DNA of 57,086 nt from Octopus bimaculoides. Its lineage: Eukaryota. Both the position numbers and the translations under genes were made by a program. Shown here piece after piece: positions 28,201 through 39,579 of the stretch; within the stretch, counting starts at the first letter, position 1, and every line of letters begins with the position of its first letter. The stretch covers positions 51,887,354 to 51,944,439 of the forward strand of contig NC_068983.1 of the NCBI RefSeq assembly GCF_001194135.2, read 5' to 3'. The notes beneath the pieces are model-generated. The model had not been told where the DNA came from. It saw nothing but the letters and a program-made list of their open reading frames with translations, and ran no database searches.

Positions 28201-30689
28201 TATGAAACACAATGATATGGGTGGTGTAATAGTTATCCAACATGAGAAAGTAAAACAAGGCTTGAAAACAGAACCGGATGAAATTGCGCAGAACGTCCGG
28301 TCCGCTATTCTTACGCTTCAGTTGATCTACAACACAATTTTATCGACTTCGAAAGAAATATATGCAAAGATGATCTTAACAGGATTTAGATTCAGACCAC
28401 ACAGATTTAATAATCTCCGTGATGTATCCTATCCGTTCTTCAACCGAAAGAACCAATTTAGGGACACATTCTAAGATATAGCAGAAATGGTTTCACTAGG
28501 CTTCATTATGATCTTTAGGTAAAATGTAGTTGATATTTGTGCAAATTAAAATGTTTGCTGTGTGTATACGTTTAATGAATATTTAAAATTTCAAAGTATA
28601 TGAAAGTTGTAAACCTCAAATAATGTAGATTTAATTTCAATTCATGTTGCATCAGAAGAATAAATATTCTAGATCCGGGAGCTGTTAAGCGAACGTCCAT
28701 ATTATCTCTTAAGGAAAGGTATTTCTTGCTAAGGTAGAATTCTTGACGACGAAATGCCATTGGAGTGCCAGTGATAACATGTAATTTCTTTTGCATTTTA
28801 CCTCTATGAAATTTATAATGTGTCAAGTAATTCTGTTTGGAGTGTTTCCTGTATAACTTTCACCTGATGTTGTGGAGTTCTTTCAATGATTTCTACATTG
28901 AGAATCTTACAGGAATATACAGGACTTCTATTTTCGTGTTTATTTTTCACACTTATGAAGAACATTGAGCAATAAAGATGAAAATAACGAGGTGAAAAAT
29001 AGCCAGGAATAATATAATATATAGTGCATTAAATTCTTATATGTTCCCTATTTTTACCGATTAGGAGCAAACATTTTATTTTTATTTGTAGAGTAAATAT
29101 TTCCATTATAATATTAGACAGCAAAAAAATAAATGGAAACATATTACCAGAATAATATTACTCGTGTTTCCATAGCGAAAATTCTTTTATTTCATTATTA
29201 GTTTGTGAATTGAATTTTTCAATATATTTTGCGTAAACAATGCATAATTTATTTTAATATCCTTTTTAAAACGAATTTTAAAACTAAACTGTAATATTTA
29301 AATAATCTTTATTAATGAATAAAGATAACTACATTAAATGCTCATTAATTTATGTATAATATATCATGCTGTTGAAGATAGAATCATATTAATACATATT
29401 ATATTATCATAACGTTAGAGGACGTGAATGAATATAAAACAATTTAAATTCCAGCATTTTAGCTCTTTCTCAAATAGCAATTACGTTAAGTATCATATGT
29501 ATCAATTACAAATACACACACACACACTCATTTGTGCATACATACGTACATATCTATATTCTAACACATACATACATAGTATATATATAAATATATGTAT
29601 AGATAGATAGATATAGTTATAGATATAGATAGATAGTTCTTGATATATATATATGTTTGTGCGTGTGCGCTTGTCTGTGTGCACATGTGTGCGTGTGACT
29701 GTATGTGCGTGCGTATGTATATATGCATATAGAAAGATAGGTGAGTTTGACGATACGCAGAGGAAAAAGTAAAGTATTTTTATTTCTGTTTAACTTAAAC
29801 TTTAAAGTACATAATTAAGAAATGAATGAGACGATCACACTTTGCAAACAAATTTATAAATTGTAAATTTTCTTTGTATTTAGAAGTATAATTGTTTCAA
29901 GAATTTCGTATCAAAATCTCATTTACTTGACATTTTAACGTTGATTCAAACAGTTATAGTGTTTATGACAAAACAAACGAGTTTATACAGAATAATTTCG
30001 CAAATACTAGCTACTTAACAAGAATCTGTAAGAATTTACCCAGAGACAACGGTAAAGAAATTGAAAATATCGTTTGATGAATAGATGTCTAAGCATGCTC
30101 TTCAAATATATAATGTGGATTTCAGCAGCAATGACTTCAACAATAACATCCGAATACATACTGTATTATATATGAATATTCAGCTCTTTTCCATTGAAAT
30201 GCTAGTTATAATACTCCTCATTCCTTTACCAATTTGATTAGAATTTTAGATGATATTTAATAGAAATATTTTTAGTAAAAGTTGAACAGATATTAAAACT
30301 GAAATCATTGAAAGTGATTTTAATCAGAAACGAAAAATATTTATTCATTCAAATATAAAATGAAACGGTGCAAAAATGCTATTTGCAACCATATGACCAA
30401 CATCATGGTATTTTCAGATTATATTGAGTGGATATTTTAAAATCAATACCTATGAATTCGACTATTTTCTGGATTCAAATTTTTAATATATTGACACAAA
30501 TATTTCATCGTTTAAAATTTCATCATACGAACATGAACATAAAATTACTAAGACTTTTATATTGCAGAGGTATTTAAAATCCTCAGTGTTTCACTGAATT
30601 CCCTTTCCTTCATTCACTACATACATATTTTTTCGTTATAGCAACCTGAACTTGTTATTTCTTGAATTTNNNNNNNNNNTCACTTTCCA

Positions 30690-30816
30690 TATCCGAACTC
30701 GATTCACTAGGCTTTGATCGGCCCGACGTTTTATCACACGACACTTACATAAAGTGTCACGCAGTGGGACTGAACCCGGAAACATGTGTTGCAAGCCTCT
30801 TACAACACAGTCATAG

Positions 30817-30820
<4 letters not shown>
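30690..30820 (-). mobile_element. 5' head of tRNA/CORE-type SINE (probably family 'B'), cut by a gap
   Basis: Minus strand GACTGTGTTGTAAG..GGGTTCAGTCCCACTGCGTGACAC..AAGTGTC..GGGCCGATCAAAGCC. Confidence 0.65.
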
Positions 30821-30863
<43 letters not shown>

Positions 30864-31460
30864 CATACATACATGCACTACATATGTGTTAAGCTGCTAA
30901 TAATGCAAAGCCCGTTTCCTTAGTCGACAAATGCGGTAATGTACAAAACATGTTTCGCTTTAGTGTAAATCCATCCTTAGAAACAAAGCCATTAATATTG
31001 CTTTAGCTGATCGACATCATTAGATTGGTTGATTAAATTAGTATGAGTTATATTAAATACCCATTCGTATTTAATATTGTATATATTTATGGTCTTTCCT
31101 CTGTGAGTAGGTCAACAATTCAATTTCCATTATCCGTAATTATTATTACATTACGGTAGATTTTTATGATTAAAATATGTGTGTAACTACTAGACTGATA
31201 AACATAGTTGTGGCTTTCAAATTAGTGTTCATGTGTTTTATAAACTATAGACTTATCAATTGTTTGTAATTGCTTATGAATTTCAGTGATGTGATGGAAA
31301 CTGATAGAAAACTATGATTACTTTAGCTAAACTATATATGCGCTATCCCAAACTTACAGCATGTAAAGAATTAGTTAGATCATATAAATTCGTTTAATGA
31401 TAATAGACGCTTGACAGTGCAAAACATGTTGGTTTTTCTAACATACTAATGACTATTTGA

Positions 31461-32120
31461 CATGAAGGGGCTTTTCTTGCCATTGCTTTTATCGTGGTCC
31501 ATTGCTGTTCTAGTTTGGATTTCATTTGTTTTATAGCTTTTGTTGTTTCTTCTTCTTCTTCCTCATATTTGTTAGGTAGTATGATTTCTTGTGTGTATGT
31601 GTCAGCTTCCTTAAATACTGCAAAGTTGTTTTTTTTTTGTTTTGCTCGTGTTTTGTGGATATTTGTATTAGTTTTCCTTGCTTCTGAAGTAGGGATTTTT
31701 GCAATCCTATGGTGGTTATTTTATAATAGTTTTCTACTTGTATAAAACGTCTACAACCTTCTGTACGTTGTATAAATAGCCTTTCTATGTCAGATTTTGC
31801 GTGGTGTATCCTAGATCCTGTCATTATTTTTCGTGTTTCCCTGTCTATTTTGGTTAATTCATTTAGTGACCAGTTAATGATATTGTAGCTGTAACTTGTA
31901 ACTGGGACGGCTAAAGTGTTAATACCTATTATCTTGTTTTTAGCATTAAGCTATATTTTCAGTATTGATCTAACTCGACTATAGGATTTTTTCTTTATTT
32001 TCTCTTTCATTTGTGTGTGTTGTATCTTATCTAGTTCATTGATTCCTAAATATCTGTATGTCTTGCTTTGGTTTTATCTAGTATGATGTTGCTACACTTA
32101 ACTCGTTTTCCTTTTTTTTT
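31461..32120 (-). mobile_element. Dong/R4-like retrotransposon RT C-terminal/thumb fragment (pseudogenised)
   Basis: Minus strand TYRYLGINELDKIQHTQMKEKIKKKSYSRVRSILKI*LNAKNKIIGINTLAVPVTSYSYNIINWSLNELTKIDRETRKIMTGSRIHHAKSDIERLFIQRTEG, with QWQEKPLH further downstream. Confidence 0.9.
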
Positions 32121-32129
32121 CAACGTTGC

Positions 32130-32260
32130 TTTGGCAATCCTCATCATCATCTTCATCATTATTATCGTTATGATGATGATGATTATTTTTTATCATTATT
32201 ATTATCATTATTATTATTATTGCTATTATTATTGGTATTTGTATTAATATTATTATTATT
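32130..32260. repeat. Compound (CAT)/(GAT)/(ATT)n microsatellite
   Basis: Direct reading. Confidence 0.9.
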
Positions 32261-32757
32261 AAGCAAGAGAATGGAGACTCTACGGATAAAATTAATTCAT
32301 TAATTAATTAACATTGCCTATAGTTGCTTCAATTCACACTCAATTGAAGATTTCGAGTAGAATGTCATCAGGGCTATAGAACATTAAGGACGTTACATGT
32401 CGACAGGTTGAGACATTTTAACAGACTAGGTAGATGAGGCAACGTTTAGTTATTTGCGTGTGTGTGCCTGTGTATTTATATTTATATCATATTTATAAAA
32501 TTACTAAACTATGTAATATGCAAATATAAAAATAAATTAAGGTAAATTAATAAAAATAGTAAAACACGTAAAAAACTAAACATAGTCTCCACATCTTAGA
32601 CTGTTAAAATGTCTCAAACGGTCGACATGTAGCTTCCATAATGTTCTTTCACCCACTCAAATTCTCCAATAGAGTGCGAATTGAAATAACTCTAGGCAAT
32701 ATTAATTAATAAATTAATTTTATCCATTAATTCTCTCTAATTTCTTGCTTAATAATA
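32254..32757. mobile_element. Foldback / MITE-like element, about 190-bp inverted arms around an about 115-bp AT-rich spacer
   Basis: Arms 32254-32455 and 32571-32757 share AAGCAAGA, GGATAAAATTAATT, ATTGCCTA, CAATTC(A/G)CACT, ACATGTCGAC and TGAGACATTTTAACAG. TTAA is present at both ends. Confidence 0.8.
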
Positions 32758-32867
32758 TTTGATATTTTCAATATATTTATTGAAGGGATATCTCTTCACA
32801 GTATAATATATTAAACCGGTGTAAGTTGGATGGCACCATCCCTATAAGAAGTCTATATCTTCAGATT

Positions 32868-32911
<44 letters not shown>

Positions 32912-32999
32912 NNNNNNNNNNNNNNNNNNNNNNNNNNNNNNNNNNNNNNNNNNNNNNNNNNNNNNNNNNNNNNNNNNNNNNNNNNNNNNNNNNNNNNNN

Positions 33000-33039
<40 letters not shown>

Positions 33040-33129
33040 TATGTATGTCTGTATTTATGTGAATTTCTGTGTGTGTGTGAAAAATATCTACCCCTATGGT
33101 ACTGTATCCCTGCAATTGCTCCGGGAAGC

Positions 33130-33790
33130 CTGAAGTTCGTTAGTTCTTTTGTGCCGAGTTCATGGTAGCTTCACGTGGATATGGTGCCCTATAGGTCCCG
33201 CCAGTCACTTTCCTATTCCTCGGGTTCAGCAATATCTATAAGAATCTCTTTACATTTTTATTAAATTCCCCAATATTTCTGCAATGAATATTCGATTAAA
33301 TCTGATATATTTTATAAGCTTTTCAACCGAGAGGCTCATTGTAGTAACCTACATTGTCATTCAATATTCGTTCGTTGGCTCCAAGTTTAGCGACACGTAA
33401 CGATGAATTGATTGCTAAGATGTCGCTAATATATCTGAGTTGATTACATAATCTGTGGTGGAGGTTTTCTATTGTTTCGTGATAGGTTTGCAGTCCAGAA
33501 ATGGCGAAACATTTAAACATTTGGCAATATTCTCAACCTTGACGAAAGCGGTCAGAATGTTTAAAGTATTTTAAAAAGCGGCGAGGCGTTTTCTCGGCAT
33601 TTGCAAGTGGGACAGGGAACATCCGGTGATGGTCAGGAGAGTGCCATCGCTATAATGCCTGCTCCATTTTCTTATGTCTCTTCCAAACCATCTATATCAT
33701 CAACCCGAGAGGACACAGAAAATATTAAAGTGACATTGAACTCATCAACCATAGATTTTCTATACCAGTGTTCCACTTCTGAAGCAACAA
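33130..33790 (-). mobile_element. Degraded ORF relic of an unclassified element
   Basis: One minus frame runs about 180 codons with only 4 stops (…YHETIENLHHRLCNQLRYISDILAINSSLRVAKL…NIHCRNIGEFNKNVKRFL…). No domain recognised. Confidence 0.35.
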
Positions 33791-33861
33791 CTATTGTCCG
33801 AGTATGAGACAGGAGTTTCTGTTAGATGGTGACACTGAACAATGTGTTTTTGGACCTTTTA

Positions 33862-34278
33862 ACCTAAGAGCGATATTTCCTCCATTGTAAGTAAAATGTA
33901 TCTTCCTTTTAACAGCTGAAACATGTGACAAACGTAATTTAACTGACAAATTTTGCTTACGCCTGAACAGTGCTTAGCGCTAACATTTCATTATTTTCCT
34001 CAATCGGGGGACCTACTAGCGCAAATCAGTCAAGTTTGTTAACTATTGTTTTACGTAAAAGGTTTCTTCAGATTTGCCTCTCTTACGTACATCCCATTGA
34101 GAAGAGTCAATAAATTCGAAACGTTGATGTCTTGGATTCCCGATAGGTGGCGACACTAAACCTAGTACTTTCACACATTTTACCATAAGGGAGACATTTC
34201 CTCCAGAGTATCTGCAGTATTTTTATCTTTAAGCAGTTCAAATATGTCACAACCATATTTTAACTAACCTAAATTTTG

Positions 34279-34282
<4 letters not shown>
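33862..34282 (+). repeat. Diverged about 100-bp direct repeats (33862-33959, 34182-34282)
   Basis: Shared anchors ATTTCCTCCA, CAGxTxAAAxATGTxACAA and TTTAACTxAC..AAATTTTGCTTA; period about 320 bp. Confidence 0.7.
34089..34130 (+). ncRNA. Hammerhead-like relic (family D)
   Basis: ACATC-[CCATTGA]-GAA(GAGTCAATAAA)TTC-GAAAC-GTT^GATGT. Stem I is a perfect 5 bp and the AACGTT palindrome is present, but the CUGAUGA core is badly mutated. Confidence 0.45.
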
Positions 34283-34337
<55 letters not shown>

Positions 34338-34356
34338 GTGTGTGTGTGTGTAAATA

Positions 34357-34394
<38 letters not shown>

Positions 34395-35129
34395 ATACAC
34401 ACGTGTATTCATATATAAATGTGGAGGAATTTTTGTTATCTCATGCACCATGTCTGCATATCAAAGACCTCCCAAGGCGAATATTGCAGAATTTGATTTT
34501 CTAGCAATACATCTCCATTAATTTGGATCTAAATGTTGCCTGTGCTCGTGTGTGTGTCTGTGTGTGTGTGCGTGTGCGTGCCTGAGAGAGAGACAGTGTG
34601 TGTGCTTGTGTGTGTACTATGTATTCAATGCCACAAATAAAAGTAAAAAGACCAGCCAATATTAAATACATGGGTAACTATATATTCGCAAATCGTCAAA
34701 TAAAGTATTTGGAGATCGTTTATTTTTTTTCTCTCTGGGACTGCTCGGGCAATTAGTCAGAAGACGCTGCATAGATTTCATTGATTTTGCTTGTCTCAAA
34801 ATAGAGATGTGTTTTATGTACATCTTTGTAATTGATTCTTAAATCATTGCTTGTCAAACTGGTTGTAATTCTTTGAAATACTTGACAGAATATTTGGTTT
34901 TATGTCTGTCTTAATGCTATGTTAATATTTTCTTTTTAGTAATTGGTAACTTTCCTCAAGTTCATACCCTATGTCTGCGATTCTCTACTTCACTAGCTTT
35001 TGATTCTGTCTGAAGCTTCAGGTATTAATGTCTTCACTTCTTTCTCTATTTCTCCCTCTCTGCTGTCATTTTTCACTTATTTCTCTCTTCCCTCTCTCAT
35101 ATTTCTTACTCTATATATGTATCTACCTA

Positions 35130-35217
35130 TTAATCTCTCTCTCTCTCTCCCTCTCTTTCTCTCTCCCTCTCTTTATCTCTCTCTCTTTCTCTCTCTCTTT
35201 ATCTCTCTCTCTCTTTA

Positions 35218-35251
<34 letters not shown>

Positions 35252-35270
35252 TCTCTTTCTCTCTCTCTCT
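35130..35270. repeat. (CT)n / (CTTT) compound microsatellite running into a gap
   Basis: Direct reading; it generates the spurious RE/SL ORFs. Confidence 0.95.
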
Positions 35271-35409
35271 NNNNNNNNNNNNNNNNNNNNNNNNNNNNNN
35301 NNNNNNNNNNNNNNNNNNNNNNNNNNNNNNNNNNNNNNNNNNNNNNNNNNNNNNNNNNNNNNNNNNNNNNNNNNNNNNNNNNNNNNNNNNNNNNNNNNNN
35401 NNNNNNNNN

Positions 35410-35474
<65 letters not shown>

Positions 35475-35785
35475 TGTGTAGTTATTTAATATAACCAAAA
35501 TTATGTCACACAAAGAGCCTTCCTTCTTCAATGCCAGACATTTTTCTATATCCAAATATCTGCTAAGCTTCAGTAATGTTTCAAAAGAATACAAATTGCA
35601 TAAGAGAGCATTACTTTCTTGTATCAAATGGAATGGTGGCACATCTTTAAATTCCAGACGGCATCCATTCTAAGCGAGGCCGCTTGAATAACTGGTATGA
35701 AGACACCCGCAAATCAGTTCTAATTGATCTAACATACAATCTTATACATTGACACATGTATGTATGTAGGTATGTATGCATGCAC

Positions 35786-35830
<45 letters not shown>

Positions 35831-36182
35831 NNNNNNNNNNNNNNNNNNNNNNNNNNNNNNNNNNNNNNNNNNNNNNNNNNNNNNNNNNNNNNNNNNNNNN
35901 NNNNNNNNNNNNNNNNNNNNNNNNNNNNNNNNNNNNNNNNNNNNNNNNNNNNNNNNNNNNNNNNNNNNNNNNNNNNNNNNNNNNNNNNNNNNNNNNNNNN
36001 NNNNNNNNNNNNNNNNNNNNNNNNNNNNNNNNNNNNNNNNNNNNNNNNNNNNNNNNNNNNNNNNNNNNNNNNNNNNNNNNNNNNNNNNNNNNNNNNNNNN
36101 NNNNNNNNNNNNNNNNNNNNNNNNNNNNNNNNNNNNNNNNNNNNNNNNNNNNNNNNNNNNNNNNNNNNNNNNNNNNNNNNNN

Positions 36183-36230
<48 letters not shown>

Positions 36231-36897
36231 CACACATATATAAATATATATGTTTGTGTATGTGTATATGTAATTTTAAAACATGAATTTTAAAAAAATT
36301 ATCGCATCCTAGTTTAGTCTTTCAAGATTGTATTCGTTAATTTATAACTTTAATTTTTTTATTTTCATTCGACTATTATTGGGACACTTAACCTCATATC
36401 GTTCTTTTATTATTATTATTAGACCATGCTTATTGGTGTTGTTATTTTATGTTGTCAATTTGTAACATTAACTTATTGATATTGTTAGTAATCACATTGA
36501 TGTTGATGTACATATTGTGTCCTTCATTATAATTATTTTGGCATCACACATTAATCTGCAAATTTATTCTTATCCTTTATATCTTAGTTTACTTTAATGT
36601 AACATTTAAAAACTTGAGTTAAAATTTGAATCCGTAAAGCATTTTATTATTCGAAAATTTCAAAACATGACTACACAGATTAACATGAATTTAATCCTAG
36701 TTTTCAGCAACTTTAAATTCACATCATCCCATTTGTAGCAACATCTCTCAATCTATCAGTATTCATATCTTGAATGATAAGGGTATTCTCGACCTCTAAA
36801 ATATGACTTCTTTTCTTTTCTAACATTGTTCCCCCAATAAGCTAGATAGCAAAATCTGAACATTACTGACTTAGACTGACCATGTCCATTAGATTCC

Positions 36898-37349
36898 CGT
36901 TCTATATTTAAGAGATGAGGAATTATGCACATTATTTACATTTGATGGATATTTGTCCTCATCTTGTTTGTTGTTAACACAATGTTTCAGCTGATATACC
37001 CTCCAGTCTTCATCAGATGCTTTGGGGGAATGTCGAACCTGGGTTCTCAATCCTAAGGTATTTTTGTTGTTGTTATTATTATTGTTATTTTTCACTGCTT
37101 GGAATCGAAATCGGAATCTTGGGGTTAGTAACCAGCACTCTTAACCCCAAGATTCCGAGTTCGATTTCAAGCAATGACCTGAATAATAATAATAATAATA
37201 GCATCGTAAAATACCTTAGGAATAAGAATCCAGTTTCGAAATTTCCCCAAGACACCTGATGAAGGCTGGAGTGTATATCAGCCGAAAGGTTGTGTTACCA
37301 ACAAACAAGATGGGGACAAATATCCGTCAAATGTAAATAATGTTCATAA
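36898..37349. mobile_element. Palindromic dimer of tRNA-head + (AAT)n + HHR-tail element (family C), copy 1
   Basis: About 200-bp inverted arms 36923-37127 and 37142-37349 around a 14-nt loop. Each arm carries a B box, an AAT run, AAAATACCTTAGGA and an HHR motif. Confidence 0.9.
37251..37296 (+). ncRNA. Minimal type-I hammerhead ribozyme (family C), near-intact
   Basis: GACAC-CTGATGA-A-GGCTG(GAGTGTATAT)CAGCC-GAAAG-GTT^GTGTT; only C15.2 is changed to G. Sister motifs: minus 36975-37020, minus 42275-42315, plus 42481-42525. Confidence 0.75.
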
Positions 37350-37949
37350 GAATCCCATATCCAATTTCCACACGACGGCTGGAGAATATATCTTACCTAT
37401 GTACAATGCTAATATAGTAATGGGTGCTGCCCTGACTACAAAACACTGTTTTAGACAGTCCTTCCAAATTTCACAATAGAATTCCCCTCCTTCTTGTGAC
37501 TCCTACACCATCTCCTTACCTACTTCCATCTCCTTCTAACCTGCCTTCCTTTGTTCTCTATCGTAGTTTATTATTTCTAGCTTTTCCTCCCATCTTCCAC
37601 ATACAATAGACCTTCCACTAGTGCTCTACTTTTATGACCAGAAATGACTCTGACGAAAGTAGTATTAACTTTCTTAGGTCGTTCAATTTCCCCCTAATTG
37701 ATCGATAGACCAATTGAGTAAACCTATCAGTAATGTACCTATGACTACCTGAAACACCTGTAAGCTAGATTGCTCCGAAAAAGGAAAAATATATAATGAC
37801 CACTATTTTTAACGTATTTCTAATATATACATATTTATGTTGCATAATTTTGTGACAGAATTTTGGTTATATGTAAATATATATANNNNNNNNNNNNNNN
37901 NNNNNNNNNNNNNNNNNNNNNNNNNNNNNNNNNNNNNNNNNNNNNNNNN

Positions 37950-37979
<30 letters not shown>

Positions 37980-37983
<4 letters not shown>

Positions 37984-38245
37984 CATATATATGTATGTGT
38001 TTGTTCGTGTCTGTGTGAATGTGTGCGTATATGTCTTTGTGTCTGTTTATATAACTTACTACCTCTTGACAAGCAGCGTTGGTGTATTTACGTCTCCGTA
38101 ACTTAGTGGTTCGGCAAAAGAGACCAATAAAATAAGCAGCACGCTTAAAAAATAAGCCCTAGCGTCAAGGTCTTCGACTGAAAACACTTCAAGGTGATGC
38201 CCGGCATGGCCGCTGTCAAATGACTGAAATATGTAAATGATAACA
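37980..38245 (+). mobile_element. SINE family 'B' 3' part following a (TA)n/gap
   Basis: GTGTCTTTGTGTCTG..CTTGACAAGCAGCGTTGGTGTATTTACGTCTCCGTAACTTAGTGGTTCGGCAAAAGAGACC..GCATGGCCGCTGTCAAATGACTGAAA. Confidence 0.85.
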
Positions 38246-39547
38246 GATACATGCAAATGCAATTCCAGATACTCGTATACATAAACATACACAGGTGGGT
38301 ATATACCACAATTGACAATTTAGCTTACATACATTCGACATCCATTGGTTTGATTCGTTGGATGAATCTTGGTTAGTGCAATGTTTGCCCTATATGATTA
38401 TGCTGTGATACATGAAGTATCTATGTTCCTTGTAAAATTTTGAAACAAAAGTTTCTATCATCGGTCCATGTTCATACGATACAGCTCAAAATACATTGTA
38501 AGACGTATATGTAAAGCACTATCAGAGAGACGTATTTTACATAAAGCATTTTCATAGCAGTATGGAAGTCCAACTTGCTCTGATTTCAATGCAAATGTGA
38601 AATACATTCATCAAATCACAAACAAAAAATATACCAGTAAACCTGGAAACAGAAAATCATAAAATTGTATTGTTCCCCCATAATGAGAAAGAATCCGCAA
38701 ATACAGCTCGGTCCTTCGAAGAAATATTTTAACACTATGGACTACTTATCTCCATAGGTACTTCTTTAGAATTTTCTAATAGTCAACAGCTTTCTCAAAC
38801 GGCAATTTATGATACAATGGAAAATGTTGGGAAAATAATGTAAAGGATTTATATCGCTTGGTAATTCAAATGGTTGACATATATTTGTCTTGAGGAAGAT
38901 GATTGCATGACTTCAGTTCTATATAGGTGTTCCAGATTTATAATGGAAGGAACATATTATGCATTAAAATAGACTTAGGAAAGTATCAATATGCAACTGG
39001 GCATGTATGCATATGTGTGTTTACTTCTATGCAACTAATTAAATGCAGAAATATACATTAATAATATTCGTAACATGGCTGTTTTGAATTATATATTTGT
39101 GTCTGTATGATTTAAGCTAATTTCAACGTAAAAATGTCAAGTAGATGTAGTCTCATGGGAAAAATAATAATGACCTTTTGCAAAGAATATTGTGTACAAA
39201 ATTCTCTAATGATATTCGTTATGTTGCATAATATATCAGATCCTCAGACACAGTTTCGTATTCTTATATAATAAAATTTGATACAGATAATGCATAAGAA
39301 TCTGGCTAATAATCGCAGCATGTTATTTTAATACGTTTGCTCTCTATCGTTAATGTTACTGGAATTACGATGATATTCAAAGAAAGCTTGAATGTGTGTG
39401 AGTTTGATGGGAGTGTGTTTCTATGTATATGTGTATACAGACACACACATAATAACGTGCATATCAATATACATACACACACACACATATATATGTATAT
39501 GTATACATAAATATTTATCTACGTATATATATATATGTATGTATCTT

Positions 39548-39579
<32 letters not shown>

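Noticed and set aside
35503-35753. Short frames with dibasic sites (…LHKRALLSC…; DGIHSKRGRLNNWYEDTRK) suggestive of a neuropeptide precursor
   Set aside because: No signal peptide, no repeated or amidated peptide, and weak splice sites; compatible with chance.
35000-36293. Many long ORFs (YIYIYI, RERE, SLSL, poly-X), also at 1.3, 2.5, 5.1, 43.9, 46.3 and 50.1 kb
   Set aside because: They are translations of microsatellites and N gaps, not genes.
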